NCBI GenBank assembly: GCA_002104945.1
Contig: MCFH01000006.1
Span: 930,001 to 994,000, forward strand
Length of the DNA: 64,000 nucleotides
Source: Piromyces finnis finn
Taxonomy: Eukaryota > Fungi > Neocallimastigomycota
Reading direction: 5' to 3'
The position numbers and the translations under genes are program-made. Under the pieces are notes generated by a model, which worked only from the letters and a program-made list of their open reading frames with translations, did not search any database and was not told the origin of the DNA. Shown piece after piece: positions 1 to 13,934 of the stretch; within the stretch, counting starts at the first letter, position 1, and each line of letters starts with the position of its first letter.

Positions 1-1165
1 TTTCTTGTAATTCTTCTTTTGCTTTTTTGTAGATAACTTGAACATTTTCCCAACTATTAGTTGAAAGTAAAACAGCATTGATAGCTTTTGGTTTTCTTGG
101 TGTTGAAATGGCGACATTTGTAACAATCCCTAAAGTTCCTTCAGCACCAATGAAAAGTTGTTTAATATCATAACCAGTACTGTCTTTTCTTAATCTAGAA
201 AGGTTTTCAATGATTTGACCGTTTGGTAAGACAACTTCTAAACCTAAAACATTACTGTGAAGTGAACCATAACGAAGATATCTTAATCCACCTGCATTAC
301 TTGAAACATTACCACCAATACAACAATATTTTTTTGATCCCATATCTAATGGGATCATAAAGCCACGTTCAGATGCATAAGCTTCTAAATCAGCAAGAAC
401 ACACCCAGCATTGCAAATTAATACACCAGACATATCATCAAAATCAATGATTTTGTTCATTGCTTTTGTACTAATGATAATTTCATCAAAAACTGGAACA
501 GAACCTTTTATTATTATTTAATTTCATATATTTTATTTATTTCAATTTAATATTTATGCATTTTAAAATTAATTAAATTTATAAATAAAAATATTTATAA
601 TTATATAATTAAAAAAAAATTATTTAGAGTTTAGTGAAATACTTACCCCCAACAAGACCAGAATTACCACTTTGAGGAACAACAGCTAATTTATTATCAT
701 TACAATATTTTAAACATTTTGAAACTTCTTCTGTACAAGTTGGTAATAATACTAATTGGGATTGACCTCTGTATTTTTTCCTTTATTTTTTTTGTAAAAA
801 AAGATTTAAAAATAAAATAATATAAAAGAATGAATAATCTTTTATTATTTTTTTTTTTTAAAAAACAACAACAACTATTTATTAGAAATGAATAAATAAA
901 TAAATAAATAAAGAAAAAAAAAATATAGGTATTTGAAAAATTTATTAAATCATTATAAATACTTAAATATTTACATCCAATCAACATTAAATTTTAACAA
1001 TTCTTTTTCAGAATCATCAAAAGAGCAAATTACATTTTCTTTAGGAAGAATGGATTTAAAATAATTTACATGTTCTTCTGTTAAACGATTATACTTTTCA
1101 TCTCTTTTTAAATAAGAGTAATGGTCTGCAGTACATTCTATATCTTCTAAATCCTTTGTAGACAT
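1..1165 (-). CDS. D2HGDH: FAD-linked D-2-hydroxyglutarate / D-lactate dehydrogenase (DLD2/DLD3-like), 5' part; gene continues beyond position 1
   Basis: Exons 1165-975, 780-647 and 504-<1 join in frame via GT-AG introns. They give ...[60 protein letters not shown]...[33 protein letters not shown]...[25 protein letters not shown], the FAD-binding PCMH signature of this family. Confidence 0.92.
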
Positions 1166-1566
1166 TATTAATACTACTTTATTTTAATTTTGTTATATTA
1201 ATTTTAAATATATATATCTCACAAAAATTTTGATTTTTTAAAATCAATCCATTTTAAACATAATTGGTTGAATATTAATATATTTTAAAATATTATATTT
1301 TAAAATTTTTATATTTATTTTATGATTTTTTAATATTATAAATAATATACATATTTTTTATATAATTAAAATTGAATATACAATTCTTAATAGAATACAT
1401 TGTTTTATTAAAATTTAAAGATTAAAATGGTATTATATTATTGAAATTATTAACTATTTATATATAATAATAAGTGTTTTAACATGCATATTACTTATAT
1501 TTTTTGAATTGAAAACTATAAGTAATATTTTAGTTTTTATAGGTATAATATACTTTTTTATATTAT

Positions 1567-2557
1567 TTATTTACAAGTTTTTAAAGCCCATTCCATTCCT
1601 TCTTGAATACCATCACCATTCATAGCAGAACAGGCTTGAATTTGCCATTGTCTGTCACGAATAGCATGTAAATTTAATCCAAATGCGATCTAATATATAT
1701 AAATATAAAAATTACATTATCATAAGAATTATATAAATTAAATGACGAAATTTTCTAATATATATCATGTTATAAGTTTTTACTTCTGAAGCTGGTAAAG
1801 CTGTTGATAAATCTTGCTTATTAGCAAATACCAAGACTGGAACACCTGCTAATTTATTTTCTTCTAATAATGTGTTGAATTCAATACCGCTAATATATTA
1901 AAAATATTTCATTCAAAATTTTATTTTTATATCAAGTATTATTTATTATAACAAATTATATAATAATATTTACGTTTCTTCTATTCTTATTCTATCAGCA
2001 CTATCAATAACATATACCTATATAATTATAAAGAGAGTATTAAATAATGTTTCATTAAATTTAAATATTTTAAAATATATATTAAATATAAAGTTATTTA
2101 AATATTTAAAATATTTACAAGAATATCAGTGCTTTCAAAATAGTTTCTCCAATATGGGCGAATTGCTTTTTGACCTTTTTAGATTTTAGTTATGAGAAAA
2201 AGTTTTAAATTAAAAAACTATAAATTAAATCTTTTTCAATAATCGCTTATTACTAACCTCCAATATCCCAAACATTCATTTTAAAACCATCTTTTTGAAC
2301 AGTTTTAATATTGAAGCCTTGAGTTGGTCTTATTTCACTAATATCTTCATCTGCTAATCTTTTCAAAATAGAAGTTTTACCAGCATTATCTAAACCAAGG
2401 AATAAAATTCTGACTTCCTTATCAGAGCGCTTAAGTTTACGTAATAATGATAATAAACCCTAAATTTTATTAGATGTTATTATTAGAACTACTATTAGAA
2501 TTATAATTTTTTATAATTTTTGCTAATTTTTTAAATTGGTATTTTTCTTTTTACCAT
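1567..2557 (-). CDS. ARL3: ADP-ribosylation factor-like GTPase 3 (ciliary)
   Basis: The ATG-only first exon is at 2557-2555 (ATG|GTAAAA). Spliced product: [87 protein letters not shown]...[15 protein letters not shown]...[13 protein letters not shown]...[10 protein letters not shown]. All G-box motifs are present. Confidence 0.95.
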
Positions 2558-2996
2558 GTTTTAATTATATAAAATACTTTTCTTATTAAAATATATATTT
2601 TTTTATAATTGTTATTTTAATTTTTATTGTTATTATTTAATATTGATTAATAACTTTTTTCTACTTAAAGTAAATATATTTTAGAGGTTTAAATATATTA
2701 AATAGTTAAAACAGAATTTTTTTTTATATGCTGCTAAAAATTGAACAATTTAATAATTTAATTTAAATTGTTACCAATTAATTTAAAATTTGTTTCTATA
2801 AACAATTATTATTGAACGTGACTATCATAAAAAAATCATGTAATCTAATTAAGAGTTATAATGATTTTGTTAAAACTCCGAATAATTGTATTTCGAATTT
2901 ATAATAAATTTTTATTTTATATTTAAATTTATGAGAAGAATACATATATTTTATGTTAGCTTTTTTTATTAATTAATTCATTTTGAAAAGATTGTT

Positions 2997-3000
<4 letters not shown>

Positions 3001-3046
<46 letters not shown>
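3001..3046. repeat. (TAA)n microsatellite, about 15 units, between ARL3 and AK7
   Basis: Perfect trinucleotide run read directly from the sequence. Confidence 0.95.
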
Positions 3047-3047
<1 letters not shown>

Positions 3048-3185
3048 TGAATATTATAATTTAAATATTTAATATATCATTCATTTAAATATAATTTAAC
3101 ATTAATATTATCATTATTATTATTAAATTAATAAATATAAATTTTGAAATAAAAAAGGATTCATAAAGAATAAAAACTGTAAATA

Positions 3186-6100
3186 ATGCGTGTTTTTGTA
3201 TCTAACGTTGATACGCCTATTGGTCATAATGTTTCTCGAATTATTACTAGGACTGTGGTAGGCTCTAGAAGAGATTCAAATGAAGACGAAGAAGAAGAAA
3301 GTGTTGAAGAAGAAGAAGAAGAAGAAGAAAAAGTTAAAGTTGAAGAAGATGATGATAAAAAGGGAATATACGAAGTTATTGGAACATTATCACATCCTCC
3401 AATTAGTCAAGAAGAAAAGGAAGTTAAAGGAATGATTTTTCCTGCACCAATGGTAGAATGTGGAGATAAAAATAAAGATAAACAAAGAAGAGAAGCAATT
3501 GAAAATTATGCAGTTACTGGAGAAAAACCTCAATGGGTTACTGAAATAGTTGACGTAATAATAAATAAAGTGTTAATTAATAAAAATGTATATTGGTTAA
3601 ATTATTAAAATATAAAATATTATTATAGAACTCAGATTTAGATGAATTATATAAAGTTTTAGCTACTTGTGATATAATTATATATGATATCACTACATGT
3701 ATGGAAGAGGCATTGTATATTGCAGAAAGTATGACAAATTAATTATGTTATCCATTCATTTTATCTGTAAAACTTAAATAAACAATATAATATATATAAT
3801 AAATTAGAGTTCAATAAAGATGCTGAATCCTTCTATGAACATCCAAAAACATTTATTGCTGTTTCATCAATTATGACCTGGGCGAGAACAAAAGTTGAAG
3901 TTAGTTTTTCGACAATAGTAACATTATATTAAAAAATTATTTATTTAATAATATATAAAAAAATTAAAAAATTTAAAATAACTTATAATTTATTTAGGAT
4001 GAAAATTTAACCGAAGATGAATATAGAAGAAGAAGAGCTCATCCTAATTTTAGAGATTTATTGGCAGCAGAAAAAAATATTGTAAAATTCGGAAAAAAAT
4101 CATCATTTAAAACATATATTATTGTTCCTGGATTGATTTATCATTCTGGTGATAGCATATTCCATTACTTATTTAAAGTAATAATAAATAATAAAAATAT
4201 GTTTAATGAATAATTATGTGCATAAAATATGATCTTTTCATTTTACTTACACTTAGTAAATATTTTTTAGCAAGCATGGCATAATGCAAAATCATTAAAG
4301 TGTTTTGAAGACGGAAATAATGTTATTCCAACAATATATTTAAATGATTTATGTAATATTATTGTTGATGTTGCTGATAATCCTCCAGATACTAAGGTTA
4401 TATTAGCAGTAGATGACTCGAAGAACACATTAATTGAAATTGTTAAGGTAATATAGCATGTTAAAGTAAATTATATTATTTAAAATGGTAAATATAATTA
4501 AAATTATTATTCATTATTAGGCAATAAGTGAATCATTGACAACAGGTGAAGTTGAAATGATCCCAAAAGAAAATGCTTTTCTTGATGCAAATATGTCGCA
4601 AGACGATTTTAATATGTTACAATTAAATTTAAGGGTTGATCCGGAAAAAGTTAAAGAAATGACTTTTGAATGGAAATATGAAGTATGTATTGAAATATTT
4701 ATTATTATATAATATATTTATTTGCATTAAAAATATAATAATGATAATAAATTTAAATTAAAAATATTATAGTCTGGTTTAGTAGAAAATATGCAATCAG
4801 TGATTAATGAATATAAAAATGCAAGAGGTCTTCAACCATTGAAAATAGCAATACATGGTCCACCATACTCTGGAAAAACTACATTAGCAAAAAAAATTGC
4901 AGAACATTATCAAATTCATTATGTAAATGCAAATGACGAATTAAAGGGAGGAATTGAAAAATTGGTATAGTATTAATTAATATTTAATATGTTAAGTATA
5001 TATTTATAAAAATATATATTATTAACTTTAAAAAATAAATTTGATATAATATATAAGGAAACAATTGTTAATGAATATACTGAAGGCTCTGATGGAATGG
5101 AAGAATATGAAAATGCAAAAGATACATTAGATGAAATTCAAGAATATTTTAAAGCTAATGGAAAATATTCTGAAAAGCATATTATTAATTTTGTCAGAGA
5201 CAAATTAATGTCTATGCCATGTAGAAATCAAGGATATGTATTGGATGAATTACCAAATACAACTAGTTTATCACAAGAACTTTTTAAATGTATTGAAATA
5301 TGAAAATATATACTATTTTTTATTATATTATTTTATGCTTACATTTTAATTTTTTTAATAATTATAGCTTTGAATGATGACGAAGAGAATGAACAATATA
5401 ATACTCTAATATTTCCAAGCTTTATATTTTCATTAAATGCTTCTGATAATTATATCAAAGATAAAGTTATGCTTCTTCCTGAACAACAAGTTATAGGAAC
5501 TTCGAATACCGAAGAAGGTATTATAAATCTTTAAATATTTGATCATATAAAATATACTAATAAATATTTAAAAAATTCAATTGCCTATAATATAGAATTC
5601 ACAAAAAGATTGGAAGACTTTAAAACAAACAACACAGAAGAAAATACTGTTTTAAACTACTTTGATGAATTTGAAATTCATTCTATAACATTAGATGTGG
5701 AAAATAAATCAATTCAATATTTAATGGAAAAAGTGATTAATGAAGTTGGAAAGCCACATAACTATGGACCAACACCAGAAGAAATAGCCGAAAAGAGAAG
5801 AATTGAAGAAGAAGAAAAAGTAAATTGAATTGATTTATAGTTTCATTTATTCTGTTTTTAATATGAAATTATGTTAAATAATATATATTTGTATATTATT
5901 ATCATTATAATTTATAATTATTATAGAAAAAAGAAGAAGAATTAGCACTACAAGAAAAGATGAAAAATGAAAAAGAAGAAGAAATAAGATTGTTACGAGA
6001 ACGTGCAGAATGGGTATATAATCAATTAAATAATCGCTAATTAAATAAAAAAATAATACCAAATTATTAAATAATAATATTATAATTTATAGCAATTAAA

Positions 6101-6365
6101 ATTAGAAGAAGTTAGAAAGCAAGAACAAGAAGTATTAGAGGTTCAATCAATTCCATTAAGAAACTATTTAATGAAGTATGTAATGCCAACATTGACATCT
6201 GCATTAATAGACATTTGTAAAATTAGACCAGAAGATCCAATTGATTATTTGGTAAATATATTAATTTTATATAAAATCAATCAAAATAATTATATATTAA
6301 TGTTATTTTTACTTTGCTTGTTTCAGGCTGAATACTTATTTAAAAATAATCCAACAAATAATTGA
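3186..6365 (+). CDS. AK7: Adenylate kinase 7 (flagellar), multi-exon
   Basis: N-terminal [16 protein letters not shown] and an epimerase-like region ([22 protein letters not shown]). The P-loop [27 protein letters not shown] is at about 4846-4920, followed by [12 protein letters not shown]-terminal Dpy-30 motif reads [33 protein letters not shown]|AEYLFKNNP. This architecture is diagnostic of AK7. Confidence 0.9.
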
Positions 6366-7300
6366 TATTACCAAATCTTTTTCATCATATTTTATTAGAA
6401 TTATGTTATATTGTAATATCTATATATAAATAATATTATAATTGCTAAAATGTTAGTATTTATTTTATTTTATTAATAATAGCATCAATAATTACAATAC
6501 TTTAGTAATATTTGTTAAATAATTTCATTCTAATTAATTCAAACACAGTATTAGTTATAATTATTTTATATCTATGAATTATATATAAATATTAATAAAA
6601 TCTATATAATATCAAATAAAGAAATTTAATGTTTTTTTTTTTATTTTCTATTCATTATTTTGAAAATGAATAAGAAGTTTTAATTTTGAATAATAGCATA
6701 ATAACTTTGTTATTTTAATTAATGTTTCAATTTAATTATCATAATTATCATTTTTGATCGAATTTTAGAATTTTAGATAAAAAAAAATTTTATAAAAAAA
6801 ATAAAACTATAAACTGAAAATTTTTAATTTGTTAGCTTTTTATTATTATATTTTTTATATTTATTCAATAAAAGAATTAAGAAATATTATTCTTTTTTTT
6901 TTTTTCAATAATAATGAACAAAGAAAAATTCATAATAAAACAAAAATTAAAATGATACAAAAATGTCTATTTATTTATTTTCTGATATTTAAATAGGCAT
7001 TGTTTTTCTTTTAATTAATAAAATATTTATATTTGAATTAAAATGAATATATATATATTATAAATAGTAACATAAATCGTAATATATATATATATATATC
7101 AATTCTTCATAATTCATTGTATTGTTATACTCCACAAAAAAGTCCTCTACCAGTTCTTCTTGCACAATTCACTAAATTTTGTAATGATTTTTGTATTATT
7201 GAATTTTCCAATTCTTATATATATATTTAAAAAATATGTTAATAATTTAATATCCAAAAAGGTATAGTTATATAATTATAAAATATTTAAATATAAAAAT

Positions 7301-7960
7301 TTAATTAATTATACCTTTTATTTCTTTAATTTCATTATTAATATTTTCATTGATGTTTTTTGGTTTAACAACGGGGTATGACACTGTTTTTCTTAATGTA
7401 TTATAATAAGTTTTATTTTCTCTTTTCTTTTTTCTGCATTCTTTTTCATATTTATCACTAAAATTTATATTTATTATCTCTTTGGCAGAAGGTAAAGGAC
7501 AATTTCTTTGGCAAAATCCAGAAAGGGCTTGATAACTTGATTTTGTAATTTTTGGGAGTCTGTCAGTTGAATTAGGAGCATTTTTTATTCCGAATTCATT
7601 ATTTGATAATATATTTGTTCTAGTAGAAAGTTTTTTAATTTTATCTTGACGTAATCTATGTTTTTCCAATAATTGATAATATTTTTTTTCATTTCTATAA
7701 GAAAAATCATTATTATTTAGTATTAAAGAATATTCACTTTTACTACTCAATAAACTCTCTCTACTATTAGAACTTGATAATTTCCTGAAATTATATGAAT
7801 TTCCGGACTGTAATATAAGTCTTGAATTAATATCCATATGTTTTAACTGATCATTAAAAATAATATTTGATGAACTTTTACATTTTTTTGAATTCATGTT
7901 TTTATTTGTATAAGAATTATTTATTTGAGGAAGATTATTATTATTGGATAATTCAATCAT
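7301..7960 (-). CDS. Hypothetical basic, N/S/K-rich protein (219 aa)
   Basis: Single open ORF with a GC content above the flanking DNA. No recognisable motif. Confidence 0.55.
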   Translation of the reverse strand: MIELSNNNNLPQINNSYTNKNMNSKKCKSSSNIIFNDQLKHMDINSRLILQSGNSYNFRKLSSSNSRESLLSSKSEYSLILNNNDFSYRNEKKYYQLLEKHRLRQDKIKKLSTRTNILSNNEFGIKNAPNSTDRLPKITKSSYQALSGFCQRNCPLPSAKEIININFSDKYEKECRKKKRENKTYYNTLRKTVSYPVVKPKNINENINNEIKEIKGIIN

Positions 7961-8337
7961 ATTGTTAAATAATTCACTATTATAAAATGAATGTAATTAA
8001 AATACTATAGAAACATAATAATCTTTTAATTTATTACTGTTTTATCTAACATTTAGTATTTAGTATTATTTTATCAACTTTAATTTGTATATGGAAATTA
8101 TTAATTATTGGTAAAATAATTTATTAAAATAATAAATAATAAAGTTTATATTTTGATTTTTTTAATTTTATTATTTTAAAGCTTAATGTAATTAAAGTAT
8201 AAACATTAATTAAATACAATGTTTTTTTTTCTTATTGTAATATAAGTTAAAAAAGTAGATGATATTTTTACCAAACATTAATAAAAAAATAGTTTAAATC
8301 TGTTTAAAAAAATAAACAATATAGTTAAATATTTAAA

Positions 8338-11144
8338 TTAATAGAGTGTATCAAAAGCATCAAAAGTAGTTAATGCAATAGAGAATGCTTCTAATGGGGT
8401 TAATGGATATCTTATATCTAGAGAGAAATTATTTGGACCACATCTACCAAATTGAAGAAGTATTGGATTATCTGTACTAATTGGTTCAAATTTTTGTGAT
8501 TCATCATAGCTATTTCCGAAATATTTCATATATGAATCTTTTTTATTATATATATTTTGATAATAGAAAAATTTATATTTAAAAATTATAAATAAATATA
8601 TTATAATAATAATTTAATTCATGGGGGAATTACATTTTAAAATTAATTTACTTACTTCCTTTATCATATATTAATTGGAAATTTTTAATTGATGGTTGAG
8701 TTACTCTTCCACTGAAATTTAAACAATGTGATTGAGTAGCTATAATTAACAAAAGTTTTATATGATTAGTTTTGTTATAATTTTAAATTATAATTAACAT
8801 TATAAAATTTATTTTAATACCTTCATTCCATCTTGGTGGATTATTTCTTAAAACTATTACTTTATCAGTATTATTAAGTTTTGAATCAGTTAAGAAATCT
8901 TTTGAATATTCAGTTGATCCATATTCCAAATGCAAAGCTGGTAATGCGACAAACATTTCTCTTGGAGAAGAATTACGATTCTATATATATATTATAGTTA
9001 ATTATATTAATAGTGGATTATATTAAATTAAATTATATTAATTATAATATTATTTTATTGTCATTACATAAAATATAACGGCTGATTCATATAATCCTTT
9101 TTCAGGCAAACTGGGATTATAATTTTCTGCATTAAAAAGAGTGAATTTATCTTGCTTCATTCTAAAAGTAATAAATAAAATTCAGTTTTTTTTTATTTTT
9201 AACATCTAACTACATAATATGTATTATTACATTAATTTTCCAACATATCCAGAACTGGTTTTTGATATTGAACCTTCTTCAGTTGTTATGATATAATCCA
9301 TCTTCTTTATATTTTTTCTTTTACGTGCAGCTAATATAAATTCATTAGTATCATCATTATAAAGATAATACTCTGGATGCATATGATTAATTTTCCCAAC
9401 TTTTCTTATTACTCTACAACGAAGAATATGACCTTTTTCAATACGTCTAATAATACATAATAAATATTATTAATTAATTTAAAATTTATTTATTGATATA
9501 TTTAATTTAATTGTTTTAAAGAGAAAACTAATAAATGTATTTACTCAAACGTTGAATAATTTTCAGCTGGAAGAGCATCTAAAAAATTAAACTTTTTATT
9601 ATTAACAGGTAATTTGTTATCATCATCATTATCATTATTTTTTTCTTTTTCTTCTTTTTCTTCTTCTTCTGATTCGTATTTATCTTTTTTAGTATTTTTC
9701 TTTTTTATCTCTTTTTTATTTAATTTACTTGTACTTTCTTCATCATCAGTTTCTTCGTCATTCTTCTTTTTATTGTATTTTTTATTCTTTTTTCTTTTAA
9801 TTAATTTATTATCACTATCCTTTTTAGATGAGTCTTTCAGCATTGGTCTACTTTCACTGTAATCAGAAACTTCAATGTTGTCCTCTTCTTTTTCGTCTTT
9901 AGATAATGTCTTTTTTTTATTTCTTTTTTCATTTTTAGTTTTACTATTTTCTTGAAAGAGTGAATCCTTTTTTTTTAATTTATTTTTATTATTATTATTA
10001 ATTTTTTTTTCACCATTTAATGAGATATCTTTAATTTCATCATCACTATCATCATTTTCCTTTAATTTATCAATTCTATTTACTGGAGTAAATAGTTCCT
10101 GTTTTGTTTCGTTTTTATTAAAAGTAATAATTTTAGGAGCTGGCAAAATTAAATCATTTAATGATGAATTGTTGATTTTCTTATTTTCTTCTTGATATTC
10201 TGGTTTTTTTTCTTCAACATTACGTTTTTCTAAATCTATCATTCTTTCTATAGGTGCTGCTGAAACAAACATACCATTTGTAGTTAACATATCATAATCA
10301 TTTGTATTATTTTTTAAATTATATTTTTCATTCATTTCCATTTTTTTTATTTCACTTTCCTTAAATACATTTTGTTTTGAAAAAATTGAAAGATTCTCAT
10401 TTTCATTAACTTCAGAAGAATGAACTATATAAAGACAATAAAAAATTGTTTAATATAAATATTAAACTAATAAATGATAATATTTTCTATATCGTTACCA
10501 ATTCCATAATTATGAACTTTTTTTTTTAAATTTGTATTTTGTGACATTGCAAATAATTTATTTGGAATTTGATTATGAGCTTTATTATATTCATGTTGCT
10601 GATTTCCATCTATAATTAAAAAGAAAAATTAATAACAATTTAATTATAACAAAAATAATAATAAAAAGAAATAATTAGCAACTATTTTTTCTATGTAATT
10701 TATAAATAAACAATTAGTTATTACTTCCGTGATCTTTATTTGAAACTAAGTTGTTTATCTCGTTTTTTGAAGCTTTTGATTTAACTACTATATTATTTTT
10801 AATAGGACTATTATTATTAATAGACTTGTTTTTAATCTTTGAATGTTTTACTTCGTGTACACCTTCGTGTTCATTTTCATTGTTATTTGCTTTTTCATTT
10901 AATTTTGTTCTTAATTTACGATATATTCTATATTTATTTGCTTTATAATCATTAATATATTTATTAATATTTATTATGGGTAAATAAACATTAAAATAAT
11001 AAGCTATATACCTATTTCTTTATTATTTGAAATATCTAATTTTGTTGGCTTATGACCTTCATTTTTTAAAAAACTGTGTTCCCAATGCTTCAATTCACTT
11101 TTCAAATTTTTCAATTGCTGCTCCTCTGTTACATATTCCGTCAT
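8338..11144 (-). CDS. Tubby-like protein with an N-terminal Sld2/RecQL4-N-like helical motif and a long charged linker
   Basis: C-terminal Tubby domain: GHILRCRVIRK...PEYYLY...FILAARKRK...YII...YVGKL...LRNNPPRWNE...CLNFSGRVTQPSIKNFQL...ILLQFGRCGPNNFSLDIRYPLTPLEAFSIALTTFD. I checked that the upstream exons (start 11144, first donor at 11011) splice in frame through ORF 9541-10341 into the Tubby exons. Confidence 0.85.
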
Positions 11145-11230
11145 TTTATTATTATTTAAAATTATAATCAAAGAAATTTAATATTTGAAAATAAAAATTT
11201 GAAATCAATGTTAGATTAATTTTTATATTG

Positions 11231-11261
<31 letters not shown>

Positions 11262-11553
11262 TTAATTATTTTAAAAATTTTAATTCTAAATAATATCATA
11301 GAAATTATTAAAATAAACATTTTTTAAAATTAAAAAAAAAAAAAAAAAAATCTCATTAATATAGTATATATTAATTATATTTAAGTTAAATATAGTTAAA
11401 TATATTATTTAACAAAATGAATATATTAAATATTATATTAATTAAATATATAATATTTATAAATCACAATATTTTTATAATTATAAAGATTATAAAGAAA
11501 TCGAACAATAAATTATATATATATATAAAAAAAAAAAAAAGAATAGTTTTACT

Positions 11554-13731
11554 ATGAATGAAATAAGTATTGAAATAAATTTAATAAATAAAAAATCAAA
11601 AAATTCATCGAAATCTGTAAAGTCTTCAAAATCTTATGATGTTGATTTGTTAAATAGTAAATCTAGAGAAAATAAAACAGAATCAATCAAGACATCAAAA
11701 TCTGTCGATAAAATTTATAATAATAAAAGAAGGACTCATGAAAATAAATTAAAAAAGAAAAAATCAAAATCTAGTAACACTATTGATTTATATGGGAATA
11801 ATAATAATGAGAAAAATACAGAAATATACTTTGATTATTCAAGTTTAGACAACTTAAAAACGAGGAATAATTTATTAGATCCCATTCAATATCCACAAAA
11901 TAGTACTTCAGATGATTTAAATGAAATAGATGACGAACCAGTACATAAAAACTATAAAGTTATTGATATAGATAATAATATAAAATTAAGTAATTCAAAA
12001 AATTCTGAAACAATTATCGATATTAATAATAAAGAAAAGGAAAATAATAACAATTCGGATGAAAAAGATGCTTCAAGAGAAAAAGAAATAATTGAAACAG
12101 AAACTAATGACTCTAAAATGATAGAACTAACGAGTGAAAAAGAAAGTGATAATAATAATGAAGACGATAAAGAGGATGAAGAGAATTATAATAGTAGTAA
12201 AGAATCTTTAATAAATAAATGTGAAGATGATAGTAACGAAAATAAAGAGGAAGAAAATGATAAAATTTCTGAAGAGGAAGAAAAAAGAAGGAAATTAATT
12301 GAGCATTATTTAAAAATGCCAATAAGAAAATCAGGATTTCAGTGTCCATGGTCCTTAAAACAAATTTTTGGCTTTATATTAATTGCATATTCTGCTGCAA
12401 TTAATTATTATTTAATATTTAATGGGGAATATAATAAAATACAAAAAATGATAGTGCTAGTAATATCCTTTAAATATTTCTTTAAGATTATATTATATTT
12501 CCTATATAGAAAATAATGATTATTATTTCCTTAATTTATATTTTTTTTATAATATATACATTTCATCAGTAATAATATTTTCACTTATTATATTTGGGTT
12601 TATTCTAATTATATCAGACCCATCTGATGATTCATATTTAAAGGATACTGACGAAAATAAAGATAATAACAATAGATATCATTACTGCAAAATTTGCAAA
12701 AAAAATGTGTAAGTAATATATAATTTATATGATATATAAAAGGTATTTACTTTCCTTATTATCAATTTATTAATTTATAATTTTCTTTTTTATCAAAATA
12801 TAAATATATAATAGAAATTGCAAATCACTTCACTGTAAATATTGTAATAAGTGTATTCTTCGGTTTGACCATCATTGTAAATTCGTTAACAACTGTATTG
12901 GAATTAAAAATTATAAGTTGGTTATAAAAATTAAAATAAAAATTAATAATTTAAATTTAAATTCATCTTTATTTAAATTTTATTAATATTCTTACTTATA
13001 TTACAGATTATTTATTCTATCTTTATCTTTTGCAACGTTATATTTTATTATTGTATTATTAAATATTGTTTATTTCTTTTATTTATTTATATTTACAGAA
13101 ACCGAAATAGCGTTAAGTAATGATAATATGATATACTATTTTGTATATTTTATATACATGAAAATCTTAAATATATGATTGATTTTTAATTTTAACTATT
13201 AAAACATATTTAAAAAGGGAAAAGATCCGTCATTAATTTAATAATTCAAATTGGTCTCTTGTTTTATTTAGTGATTGCATGCGTTGCAATGTATTTTCTG
13301 TTTGATTTAATTAGATTACATATATTATTAAGTATGAAAGCAATAATATTTATTCAGAAAAAAACCATTTATACAAAAAAATTCTAATATTTAAAAATAA
13401 TAGAAATTAGGCATATGACAACAAATGAATATTCACATTGGTTAAAAGCTAATCGTAGATCTCTTGAAAATAGAGCAAACAAAAAGAAAAATGAAGTAAA
13501 GAAATCTCAAGAACTTTTGAATATTAATGATAAGGAAATAAAATCCAAGAAATGTCAAGTAAAGAATAAAAAAAGAAAGTCAAGTTGTTCAAAGCCAAAG
13601 TCAAATATATTCGAAAAGGTAAAATAAATATGATATATATTATATTATATTATATTGTATTGTATTATTATTAATATTATATATTATAACATTAAATTTA
13701 GAAACCCTCTGACAAAATATTCCCAATATAA
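11554..13731 (+). CDS. DHHC palmitoyltransferase (ZDHHC1/11-like) with long low-complexity N-terminus
   Basis: [10 protein letters not shown] precedes TM1. The Cys-rich domain reads HYCKICKK...[33 protein letters not shown], with DHHC at 12867-12878. MTTNEY (TTxE-like motif) follows the TM segments. The last exon 13702-13731 (KPSDKIFPI*) is inferred. Confidence 0.88.
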
Positions 13732-13934
13732 ATCTAATTATTTTTTGAATCTTTCTATTATCAGAACCTCAAATAATATATTATTTCAAAAAAGTTTAGT
13801 TAAAAATAATGATAATATTTTCATAAAAAAAATTTTTATTGAGAATAATAATATATATTCTTTTTAATAAATAAAAACTCTATTATTTTAAGAAAATTAT
13901 TTAAAATAATTTTTTCATTTATTCTTAATGTTAT

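Noticed and set aside
2765-2805. Possible RFX X-box (GTTACC.., GTTTCTATAAAC) in the ARL3/AK7 spacer
   Set aside because: Only half-site matches; they do not fit the full palindromic consensus.
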